Shown piece by piece: positions 7,805 through 15,149 of a DNA stretch of 32,000 bases (position 1 is the stretch's first letter; every line of letters starts with the position of its first letter). The translations under genes and the position numbers were made by a program. This DNA comes from Alysiella sp. (lineage in GTDB: Bacteria; Pseudomonadota; Gammaproteobacteria; Burkholderiales; Neisseriaceae): contig NZ_JAUNEC010000013.1 in the NCBI RefSeq assembly GCF_030525755.1, positions 1 to 32,000 on the forward strand, written 5' to 3'. The notes under the pieces are model-generated. The model was not told where the DNA came from, did no database searches, and worked only from the letters and a program-made list of their open reading frames with translations.

Positions 7805-9238
7805 TCAGGTGTTTCTGACGGCAAATAAGGCAATTGAAGTTGCAGCCAACCACGCTAGGGCAATCACAAAACCACGAAGACGATTTGCTGTATCACACAT
7901 TGGTGCTGTGTCAAAGGCAAAGGTCTTGCTGCCTGAAAAGGGAATGGAAATTTGAAATGAGACGGGAGCAGGACATACGCCATCTGTAGGAAAAATGCTA
8001 TCTGGTTGGAAGCTTAAATCAATAGTTTCTTCTGGGATAGACAAAGGTGCAGAAGCAGTAGGTGCTTCGGGTTGTTTGTCGCAGGCGAGTATGTCGGGAT
8101 TTTTTTCACAGAGGTCTTGGGTTTCTGTTGTTTGACGTTTGGGGTCATTGTTTGTTGGTGTGTCTGTTGTTGTGGGTGTTTCTACTTTGGGGGCTTCGGG
8201 GCTGTTGGGTTTGAGGTCTGGGCGCGGTATGATGGTTTCTTCCACGATTGTGTTGCCTTGTGCGTCATTTGAGAATTTCCATTTTGCCTGCTCTGGCTGG
8301 TTTGTTGTGGGATTGGTATAAGGGTCTGATTGAGCAACTTGTCCTGCCAGTATGTGGATTTTGGGTTCTGACCATTCAAGATTACCCCCTGTTGCTTCTA
8401 TCCACTTTTCAATGGCTGCATCAGCTGCAGCTTCAGCCACACGATTAAATTCTTCTTCTGTGAAAGGAACTGTATCTGAAATGCGATAGGCACCAACGCC
8501 TATGTTGCCACCATAATAACCATCACGTGTGCACCAGCGATGTTCATTAATTCTGTCCGCCTGTTTACCTCCTACCTGAACACCTGAACACTTGCTCATC
8601 TTGATTTCATTTAACTGCTCATATGTAGGATTGTCAACGAAAGTAGGATTAAAACACGAATTTTGATTACACCATTTTTGAAATTCGGCATATGTATAAG
8701 TGCGGCCTTCTACTAAACTTGTCGCATTTTTTGTATTAAAAACCACAACAGTACCATTAACAGCCCTACACAGACCTTCTTCACACTCAATATCATAGCC
8801 TTCTTTGCGAGCTAAAAAGTCATAAATTTCATAGGCAGTTAATGCCCAACCTGCGAAAGGTAGGGCTCTTGTGCCTAGTTTGCGTGCTGCGACTGCTGCA
8901 TTTTTGCCGTTTTGGAAGACTTTTTGGAAAACGGTTTGTTTGGGGATGGTTTTTGTTACTGTACCGCTTACAGTACCCGATGAAGTTGCACCAGTAGAAC
9001 CCCTAAACTGCGAGGATGCTGTACTTGTCGATGCATACTTTGGTCCATTATTATTACTAACGTCCATACCTTTATAAATATTGTAAGCAATCTTCTCTCT
9101 AAAATTAGCAGAGTTGTAAAATGGCTTATACCAATGTCTGAAAGTTGGCGTATATGTACGAGATGATTGACTTGAATTTGCCAAAGCATAAATATTAAAA
9201 TTGAGAAAAAATAAAACAAAAAGCAATAATTTTTTCAT
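7805..9238 (-). CDS. pIII-like adsorption / TspB-like minor coat protein
   Basis: 477 aa. It has a signal peptide (MKKLLLFVLFFLNFNIYALA), a Cys-containing N-domain, a Pro/Thr-rich linker (PEAPKVETPTTTDTPTNNDP) and a C-terminal membrane anchor (FVIALAWLAATSIALFAV). Its position matches ORF6/TspB of Neisseria Nf/MDA phages. Confidence 0.7.
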   Translation of the reverse strand: MKKLLLFVLFFLNFNIYALANSSQSSRTYTPTFRHWYKPFYNSANFREKIAYNIYKGMDVSNNNGPKYASTSTASSQFRGSTGATSSGTVSGTVTKTIPKQTVFQKVFQNGKNAAVAARKLGTRALPFAGWALTAYEIYDFLARKEGYDIECEEGLCRAVNGTVVVFNTKNATSLVEGRTYTYAEFQKWCNQNSCFNPTFVDNPTYEQLNEIKMSKCSGVQVGGKQADRINEHRWCTRDGYYGGNIGVGAYRISDTVPFTEEEFNRVAEAAADAAIEKWIEATGGNLEWSEPKIHILAGQVAQSDPYTNPTTNQPEQAKWKFSNDAQGNTIVEETIIPRPDLKPNSPEAPKVETPTTTDTPTNNDPKRQTTETQDLCEKNPDILACDKQPEAPTASAPLSIPEETIDLSFQPDSIFPTDGVCPAPVSFQISIPFSGSKTFAFDTAPMCDTANRLRGFVIALAWLAATSIALFAVRNT

Positions 9239-9549
9239 TCCCTATACACTTTCATTTTTTCCTTTTCTCTTGATTTAATAAATTCATTGAATTGAGCAGA
9301 ATTCAAATCAGGAGGATTAGGGGAAATAGGAGGATAAACAGGTGATGAATTTAAATCTGCATCTGGCTTATTCTGATTATTTTGCATTTTAAAGAAGTGT
9401 TTATAAATTCCATATATGATAAAAAACAAAATAAAAAATGCAAGAGTAATCAATTTCCGTTCAATTAAACCCAAATAAACCAATACGAAATAAAAAAATG
9501 AACCATATCCAAAATAATTAAATAAAACTTTTAACACGTTCATTTTCAA
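9235..9549 (-). CDS. Small membrane protein (2 TM helices, Pro-rich tail), phage accessory ORF
   Basis: 104 aa. An ATGA stop/start overlap with the downstream gene at 9235-9238 suggests translational coupling. The ORF is very AT-rich. Confidence 0.55.
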   Translation of the reverse strand: MKMNVLKVLFNYFGYGSFFYFVLVYLGLIERKLITLAFFILFFIIYGIYKHFFKMQNNQNKPDADLNSSPVYPPISPNPPDLNSAQFNEFIKSREKEKMKVYRE

Positions 9550-9657
9550 GCCCTTTCCGCAGCCTTTGCCGCAAAAAAAGACCTAAATTACCACAACTAC
9601 CACAGTAAAACAAACATAATCAAAATCATCACACCCAAGCCATACAAAAACCAAAAA

Positions 9658-9969
9658 TCAATTATCATCAGACGTTCCCACTTGAGTTAAACCATAAACC
9701 AATCTGTACAATTGGCGAACGCCAAAGACCACCACCGCAATCAGCAGTAAACCTGTGCCGAGCATCACGCCATCTTTAATTTGCGTTTCAATATCGCATT
9801 TTGGATAACTTAACTGTATTTTGCTGTTGTTTAAATACCAACCGTCATCTACCCGAACAGGACGAATAATTTTTCCATCAGATGTTATTTGTGGTTGTTG
9901 GGCAGACAGAATTAAATCATCTGCATCCAACTGTGTTTGCACGCATTGAAAGCCAACTCTATAACCCAT
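9658..9969 (-). CDS. Phage protein with a C-terminal TM helix (minor coat candidate)
   Basis: 103 aa with a C-terminal hydrophobic helix (LGTGLLLIAVVVFGV). It lies immediately downstream of the coat gene. Confidence 0.55.
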   Translation of the reverse strand: MGYRVGFQCVQTQLDADDLILSAQQPQITSDGKIIRPVRVDDGWYLNNSKIQLSYPKCDIETQIKDGVMLGTGLLLIAVVVFGVRQLYRLVYGLTQVGTSDDN

Positions 9970-9983
9970 CTGCCCTTACCCCA

Positions 9984-10223
9984 TTATTTAATGGTTTTAA
10001 TCATGCCCCAAGCCAACTTGAAGCCTTGAATGGCAACAATTACGGTAATGGCTGCCATACCAATTGCAGTTACCACGCCGATAAATGCACTAATTGCCTC
10101 TGCGACTTTTGTTCCAATTTCATCTAATGGACCTGCATTTGCTGATGCTGCCAGTAAGAGCATGCCTGCCCCTACTACGTACTTGTTGTTTTGCATTTTT
10201 TCAGGTTTTTTAATCATTTTCAT
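9984..10223 (-). CDS. Major coat protein precursor (pVIII-type)
   Basis: I moved the start to the ATG at 10223 because a GGAGAG Shine-Dalgarno lies about 6 nt upstream. The 79-aa product has a leader ending ASANA, then an acidic/amphipathic N-terminus, a hydrophobic helix (VVTAIGMAAITVIVAI) and a basic C-terminus (KLAWGMIKTIK). Confidence 0.75.
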   Translation of the reverse strand: MKMIKKPEKMQNNKYVVGAGMLLLAASANAGPLDEIGTKVAEAISAFIGVVTAIGMAAITVIVAIQGFKLAWGMIKTIK

Positions 10224-10336
10224 GATTTCTCTCCAAATAAAAATAGGGCATCTGAAATTAGGGGGATTTAACGCGGATGCCCCATACACGTTAAATTGTG
10301 ATTTGGTTTATTGGGCTTTTAATACTTTCAGGCAGC

Positions 10337-10423
10337 CTATAAGAACAGGTATGCCATTGATGCCAAGAAGAGCATTAAACAAACCACAAAAGCAATGCCA
10401 AGTTGCATAAAACTGAAATTCAT
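10337..10423 (-). CDS. 28-aa hydrophobic micro-ORF (pVII/pIX-like candidate), not in the ORF track
   Basis: Hand translation gives MNFSFMQLGIAFVVCLMLFLASMAYLFL*. AAGGAAAC lies about 6 nt upstream of the ATG. The ORF starts 15 nt after the upstream ORF's stop. Its TAG stop overlaps the DUS 12-mer at 10327-10338. Confidence 0.4.
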   Translation of the reverse strand: MNFSFMQLGIAFVVCLMLFLASMAYLFL

Positions 10424-10437
10424 GATGTTTCCTTTAT

Positions 10438-10626
10438 TTATTTCGGTAAATAGAAAGTAAAAATGGTAAACGGCACGCCCATGTCTTGACCCGCTTGCAT
10501 TGCATCTTCTATTTCTTCAAAGTGCCCTGCTAGTTTAATGAGTGGTGTGTAACCGACATCGCCATTTTCATGTGGGTACAGAAATTCGAATGTCTCCAAA
10601 TCCTGTACAATGTATTTGACTTGCAT
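10438..10626 (-). CDS. Hypothetical small phage protein
   Basis: 62 aa, tightly packed: it starts 4 nt after the stop of the upstream ORF. I recognise no motif. Confidence 0.5.
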   Translation of the reverse strand: MQVKYIVQDLETFEFLYPHENGDVGYTPLIKLAGHFEEIEDAMQAGQDMGVPFTIFTFYLPK

Positions 10627-10629
10627 TAT

Positions 10630-10950
10630 TTAACCTTTCTGTTGAACAGGCTTCATGTCTCTTAAAATGGTTTTTTCTTTACCTGAACCTGTTGCCACCG
10701 ATTGAAATGCGCATTGCATGGTTGCTGGAAATTCGATGCGTTGAAATTTGTCAAAATTGGACGAATCGCCATAAGGAATTTTGACAACCGAGAAACCCAA
10801 TGCGTTGCCTTTGCTGATGTCCAGTGGCATGGCAACAAGTACGCTGCAACTGTCTATTTTGTTGCCTTCTACTTCGCCTTTATAACGCGTGATGCCCATG
10901 ATGATGCGTTCTTCATAAACGAGTTGTGCTTGTGATTTAAAATCCAACAT
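10630..10950 (-). CDS. Putative ssDNA-binding protein (gene V-like position)
   Basis: 106 aa, immediately downstream of rep, as gene V/ORF2 is in filamentous phages. The function is assigned from position only. Confidence 0.5.
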   Translation of the reverse strand: MLDFKSQAQLVYEERIIMGITRYKGEVEGNKIDSCSVLVAMPLDISKGNALGFSVVKIPYGDSSNFDKFQRIEFPATMQCAFQSVATGSGKEKTILRDMKPVQQKG

Positions 10951-10976
10951 GATGTTTTTCCTTGTGTTTGAGTTGT

Positions 10977-12332
10977 TTAAACGGGTTTGTTGAAGTTGAT
11001 GATTTTTCTGATGGCAGTCAGACTGCTGTCATAAAATAGTGCGCCGTATTTGATGAACATGAAATCAAAATGTTCCTGCTCTGTTATTTTTGCTTCAGAG
11101 AATACGGGGGCAACGGATAAGTTTTCATAGGCTTTTTTCCATTGCCTTAAATCGTTTTTGAATTGTTTAATCAATTCTGTATGTTCAGGCAGCCTTAATT
11201 GAGATTGTTCAGGTATTTCACAGATTTGATGAATGGTTTCATACAATTGAGCCAATTGGTCGAGTGGCTCTATGATTATTTGATGTTGTTCTTCATGAAT
11301 ATAAACAACATCTTGGCTGGTACAATCGTATTCAGCAGGTTGTAGACCTTTTGGATATTTGTTCTCATCGCCAATTAGGGCTTGTACGATTTGTTCATGT
11401 GTCCAACCTAAATCATTGAGTAAACGCACCATACGACCTACTTGGTTCTTGGCATGTAGGAGTTTTTCATCAAAGTTCAGTTGCAGTTTCTTGTCTGATG
11501 CTTCAATGCGTTTAGCTTCGGTTTGAAACAATTCTTGTCCAATTGGGTAGGCACCTGTTAAATATTGACCTGATTTAATTAAAATATCCAAAGGTACAAT
11601 GGCATCATTGGCTCTGAATTCGGTTTCATAACGCACCCATAAGCTGTTTTCATCGCCTAATTGTTTGCCTTTTTCATAAACGCGGGTTAATTTGGCTGAA
11701 CCGCGTCTGCCGATGTACACGGTTTTGCCTGTACCATCTTCTTTAATCCACGATGTACCGCGCGTTTCTGCTTTTGGTGTCATGTTTTTGACATTAAATT
11801 TTCCTTTCACATGGTCATGTAACGCTTTCTCTGGGGTGTATTCACCATTAAAGAAATCATGTGCGACATCGCAACGTGTGATTTTTGGACGGTTTGCCAA
11901 TGTGAGAAAAACATAAAGTCGGTTTTCCCAGTCGGGTTTGGCTGCTTGACAGCCAATTGCGTTTAAATCCACCAAAATGGTGTCTCTTTGACCACCGATA
12001 TGAACGGTACCGTAATTGACGTTATCGGGTCCGAGTTGGTAATAGGATTGATAGAAGAATTTGCCTTTGCCTTTTCTTTTGCTTGTTATGGCAAAACCAA
12101 AAATGTCTTGTAATTTTTGACTGAAATATTGAATGTAGGTCTCATCGTCTGCACCCAATAAAACTTCATGGTCTTGCATCATGCTGTGTATGCTCGATTT
12201 ACCTATTGAGAAAGTTAAATAATCGATGAATGCAGCATCTTCTCGACCTTTACGCAAAGGAATTTCTACAATCTTTCCCTTAACGGTTATGGCTTGATTA
12301 AAGTAAATGTAATCTTGGAAATTGATTGTCAT
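10977..12332 (-). CDS. Rolling-circle replication initiation protein (Rep_trans / RstA-like)
   Basis: 451 aa. The blocks PKITRCDVAHDFF and VYIGRRGSAKLTRVYEKG resemble the replication initiation factor family of filamentous phages. It is the first large gene of the phage operon. Confidence 0.75.
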   Translation of the reverse strand: MTINFQDYIYFNQAITVKGKIVEIPLRKGREDAAFIDYLTFSIGKSSIHSMMQDHEVLLGADDETYIQYFSQKLQDIFGFAITSKRKGKGKFFYQSYYQLGPDNVNYGTVHIGGQRDTILVDLNAIGCQAAKPDWENRLYVFLTLANRPKITRCDVAHDFFNGEYTPEKALHDHVKGKFNVKNMTPKAETRGTSWIKEDGTGKTVYIGRRGSAKLTRVYEKGKQLGDENSLWVRYETEFRANDAIVPLDILIKSGQYLTGAYPIGQELFQTEAKRIEASDKKLQLNFDEKLLHAKNQVGRMVRLLNDLGWTHEQIVQALIGDENKYPKGLQPAEYDCTSQDVVYIHEEQHQIIIEPLDQLAQLYETIHQICEIPEQSQLRLPEHTELIKQFKNDLRQWKKAYENLSVAPVFSEAKITEQEHFDFMFIKYGALFYDSSLTAIRKIINFNKPV

Positions 12333-12507
12333 TATTTTTGTACCAAAGAAAATTTATTCGTCATTTGTCCCCAGCTTTGGGATTTGGGTAGGGGTTTTTT
12401 CGTCCCCCCCTTTTAGCCTAGGGGGGCTAGCCGCCCCAGTCGGCACGCCACGCAGTGCGCTGTCTTGCCGCCTGTGGCGGCTATGCCCTTTATGCCAATT
12501 GAATTAA

Positions 12508-12759
12508 TCATTTTTTATTCCTTGCATGGTCTTGTTTTGCGAGTTCTCGCCAGTTTACTTTTTGGTATTCAATGGCGTTATCAAACAAGGGAAGGTGTTT
12601 TGCTTCAAATGCTGCTGTTTTTTGTAGCACTTCTGCTAATGTTTGACAGATGTGGTGTTCACTTATGTCGGGTAGGTTGTTTTTGATGAGCAGCAAATCA
12701 AGTTTGTAGGTTTGGGTATCTGGTCTGCGTTTGACCATGACGGATAAATCGATGTTCAT
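12508..12759 (-). CDS. Hypothetical small phage protein (83 aa)
   Basis: A 4-nt ATGA-type overlap with the upstream 78-aa ORF (12756-12759). It lies upstream of the GC-rich rep leader. Confidence 0.5.
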   Translation of the reverse strand: MNIDLSVMVKRRPDTQTYKLDLLLIKNNLPDISEHHICQTLAEVLQKTAAFEAKHLPLFDNAIEYQKVNWRELAKQDHARNKK

Positions 12760-12992
12760 GGTACAAACACACCTTTATAATTGAAGAAGCCTTTATCAAG
12801 AAATAGTGTGATACATCTGTTCAATTCGTCATCGAGTGGGTATGAGACACCAGAAATTGATGCGAATTCTTTAAGAGAAGACCAGTCTGCTGGTTTGTGA
12901 AAAAAAGTGATGTTGAATAAATCATTTTCTGATGGAAAGATAATGACGTGTCTAAGTCTATCTTCACTGGATAAGTTGAAATTTGATGACAT
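12756..12992 (-). CDS. Hypothetical small phage protein (78 aa), first ORF at the prophage right end
   Basis: Open reading frame overlapping the next ORF. It is preceded by the CCCCTAACT hairpin at 13000-13039. Confidence 0.5.
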   Translation of the reverse strand: MSSNFNLSSEDRLRHVIIFPSENDLFNITFFHKPADWSSLKEFASISGVSYPLDDELNRCITLFLDKGFFNYKGVFVP

Positions 12993-12999
12993 AATTAAA

Positions 13000-13039
13000 G
13001 CCCCTAACTTTAAAATCGGTATGGATTTCAGTTAGGGGC
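13000..13039. repeat. Hairpin GCCCCTAACT(N20)AGTTAGGGGC at the prophage right end
   Basis: Perfect 10-bp arms. The same CCCCTAACT motif recurs at 13097-13105 and, reverse-complemented, at about 15085-15093 inside the 78-bp repeats. Confidence 0.85.
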
Positions 13040-13058
13040 GATTAAGCCTTGTGTTTGA

Positions 13059-13136
13059 GATGATGTCTTGATGACAAAGATACTGTTACAATTTACCCCC
13101 TAACTTGGGGCGCGAATATACAAGGCTGCCTGAAAA
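13059..13136 (+). repeat. 78-bp repeat, copy A (contains the core AAAGATACTGT, CCCCCTAACTTGGGG and a DUS)
   Basis: GATGATGTCTTGATGACAAAGATACTGTTACAATTTACCCCCTAACTTGGGGCGCGAATATACAAGGCTGCCTGAAAA. It is about 95% identical to the reverse complement of 15055-15131. Confidence 0.9.
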
Positions 13137-13145
13137 TTCAAAAAA

Positions 13146-14939
13146 TCACTTATCCCCAATCTCCAAAATCGCCAAAAACGCGCTTTGTGGGATTTCCACA
13201 TTGCCCACTTGTTTCATGCGTTTTTTACCCGCTTTTTGTTTTTCCAACAATTTTTTCTTGCGCGTGATGTCGCCGCCATAACATTTTGCCAAGACGTTTT
13301 TGCGCAAGGCTTTCACGTTTTCACGCGCGATGATTTGTCCGCCAATGGCTGCCTGAACCGCAATGTCAAACATTTGGCGCGGAATCAGTTCGCGCATTTT
13401 GCTCGCCAATTCGCGTCCGCGATGCACCGATGTTTGGCGATGCACAATCAAACTCAATGCGTCCACTTTGTCGCCATTGACCATGATGTCCAATTTGACC
13501 AAATCCGATGGCTGAAATTCTTTAAATTCATAGTCCAATGACGCATAACCGCGTGATGTGGATTTGAGCTTGTCAAAGAAATCCATCACCACTTCATTCA
13601 TCGGCAAATCGTAAGTCAGCATGACTTGGCGACCGAGATATTGCATATTGCGTTGCACGCCGCGTTTTTGGTTGCACAAGGTCATCACATTGCCCACATA
13701 ATCTTGTGGCACAAGGATTGTGGCGGTAATAATGGGTTCTAAAATCGTGTCTATCGTGCCGATGTCGGGCAGTTTGGACGGATTTTCCACTTCAATTTTT
13801 TCGCCATTTTTCAAAATCACTTCATAAACCACCGTTGGCGCGGTGGTAATCAAATCCATGTCAAATTCGCGTTCCAAACGCTCTTGCACGATTTCCAAAT
13901 GCAACAAACCCAAAAATCCACAACGGAAACCAAATCCCAATGCTTGCGACACTTCGGGTTCAAATTTCAGGCTGGCATCGTTCAGTTGCAATTTTTCCAG
14001 CGCATCGCGCAAGGCTTCGTAATCGTGGCTTTCCACAGGATAAAGTCCTGCAAAAACTTGGCTTTGCACTTCTTTGAAACCTGCGAGCGGTTCGGTGGCT
14101 GGATTTTGTACCAAAGTAACGGTATCGCCTACTTTGGCTTGTCCCAATTCTTTCACGCCCGTAATCAAAAAACCCACTTCGCCAGCGGAAAGTTGTTGTT
14201 TTTGTACGGATTTGGGTGTGAACACGCCCAGTTGCTCCACCTGCGTTTCAGCCAGCGTGGACATGAAACGGACTTTGTCTTTCAATTTAATCGTGCCGTT
14301 TTTCACGCGGATTAACATGACCACGCCCACATAATTGTCAAACCACGAATCAATAATCACGGCTTGCAAAGGCGCGTTTTCATCGCCTTCGGGCGCGGGG
14401 ATTTTGGCGACAATCTCTTCCAACACGTCTTCCACGCCCAAGCCGCTTTTGGCGGAACAGGTTACTGCACCCACCGCGTCTATGCCGATGATGTCTTCAA
14501 TTTCTTGGGCAACGCGCTCAGGGTCGGCGGCGGGCAAATCAATTTTGTTTAAAATGGGGACAACTTCCACGCCCAAATCAATGGCGGTGTAGCAGTTGGC
14601 AACGGTTTGTGCTTCCACGCCTTGCGATGCGTCCACCACCAGCAACGCGCCTTCGCAAGCGGAAAGTGAACGCGACACTTCGTATGAAAAATCAACGTGT
14701 CCAGGGGTGTCAATCAGGTTGAGTTGGTAGGTTTCGCCATTGCGGGCTTTGTAGTTTAAGGCAGCCGTTTGCGCTTTAATCGTGATGCCGCGTTCTTTTT
14801 CAATGTCCATAGAATCAAGGACTTGAGAGCTCATTTCGCGTAAATCCAAGCCGCCGCAATATTGGATAAATCGGTCGGCAAGTGTGGATTTGCCGTGGTC
14901 AATGTGGGCGATGATGGAGAAGTTTCTGATGTTTTTCAT
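13146..14939 (-). CDS. lepA: Elongation factor 4 (LepA)
   Basis: GTPase motifs [17 protein letters not shown] and NKID, plus an EF4-type C-terminus. I set the start at ATG 14939 ([20 protein letters not shown], 597 aa). The longer track ORF reads through the 78-bp repeat. Confidence 0.95.
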   Translation of the reverse strand: MKNIRNFSIIAHIDHGKSTLADRFIQYCGGLDLREMSSQVLDSMDIEKERGITIKAQTAALNYKARNGETYQLNLIDTPGHVDFSYEVSRSLSACEGALLVVDASQGVEAQTVANCYTAIDLGVEVVPILNKIDLPAADPERVAQEIEDIIGIDAVGAVTCSAKSGLGVEDVLEEIVAKIPAPEGDENAPLQAVIIDSWFDNYVGVVMLIRVKNGTIKLKDKVRFMSTLAETQVEQLGVFTPKSVQKQQLSAGEVGFLITGVKELGQAKVGDTVTLVQNPATEPLAGFKEVQSQVFAGLYPVESHDYEALRDALEKLQLNDASLKFEPEVSQALGFGFRCGFLGLLHLEIVQERLEREFDMDLITTAPTVVYEVILKNGEKIEVENPSKLPDIGTIDTILEPIITATILVPQDYVGNVMTLCNQKRGVQRNMQYLGRQVMLTYDLPMNEVVMDFFDKLKSTSRGYASLDYEFKEFQPSDLVKLDIMVNGDKVDALSLIVHRQTSVHRGRELASKMRELIPRQMFDIAVQAAIGGQIIARENVKALRKNVLAKCYGGDITRKKKLLEKQKAGKKRMKQVGNVEIPQSAFLAILEIGDK

Positions 14940-15030
14940 GATTTTATTGTGTAAATTGAAAAAATAATCGGGGAAAATGAGGTTCAGGTGTCTGAACATA
15001 AAATGGGCGTATTTTAACAGAAAATCAAAA

Positions 15031-15067
15031 GGCTGCCTGAAAAGCCGATTGTGCTTTTCAGGCAGCC
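15031..15067 (-). terminator. Inverted DUS pair hairpin, likely fadD terminator
   Basis: GGCTGCCTGAAAAG (15031-15044) pairs with CTTTTCAGGCAGCC (15054-15067) around a 9-nt loop. On the minus strand it is followed by TTTTGATTTTC. Confidence 0.6.
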
Positions 15068-15131
15068 CTGTATATTCGCACCCCAAGTTAGGGGTAAGTT
15101 GTAACAGTATCTTTGTCATCAAGACATCATC
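15055..15131 (-). repeat. 78-bp repeat, copy B (inverted relative to copy A)
   Basis: The reverse complement reads GATGATGTCTTGATGACAAAGATACTGTTACAACTTACCCCTAACTTGGGGTGCGAATATACAGGGCTGCCTGAAAA. Homology to copy A starts exactly at GATGATG. Confidence 0.9.
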
Positions 15132-15149
15132 TTATTGTTTTTTTTCGCA

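Larger units (their letters stand above)
4647..13058 (-). mobile_element. Nf/MDA-like filamentous (Inoviridae) prophage with an IS110-family recombinase; boundaries approximate
   Basis: All genes are on the minus strand in the order: 2 small ORFs, rep, ssb-like, small ORFs, pVIII-type coat, minor coat candidates, pIII/TspB-like, pVI-like, Zot/pI, recombinase. It sits between the convergent chromosomal genes res and lepA. The core AAAGATACTGT occurs at both junctions (4636-4646 and 13076-13086). The 8.4 kb contain only 2 exact DUS 12-mers, versus 24 in the other 23.6 kb. Confidence 0.8.

Noticed and set aside
10030-10410. 126-aa plus-strand ORF
   Set aside because: It is antisense to the pVIII-type coat gene and the micro-ORF. 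The hydrophobic mirror-image composition is typical of shadow frames.
14940-15122. 61-codon N-terminal extension of lepA in the ORF track
   Set aside because: The extension reads through the 78-bp repeat copy B and a DUS. The conserved EF4 N-terminus ([19 protein letters not shown]) begins at the ATG at 14939.
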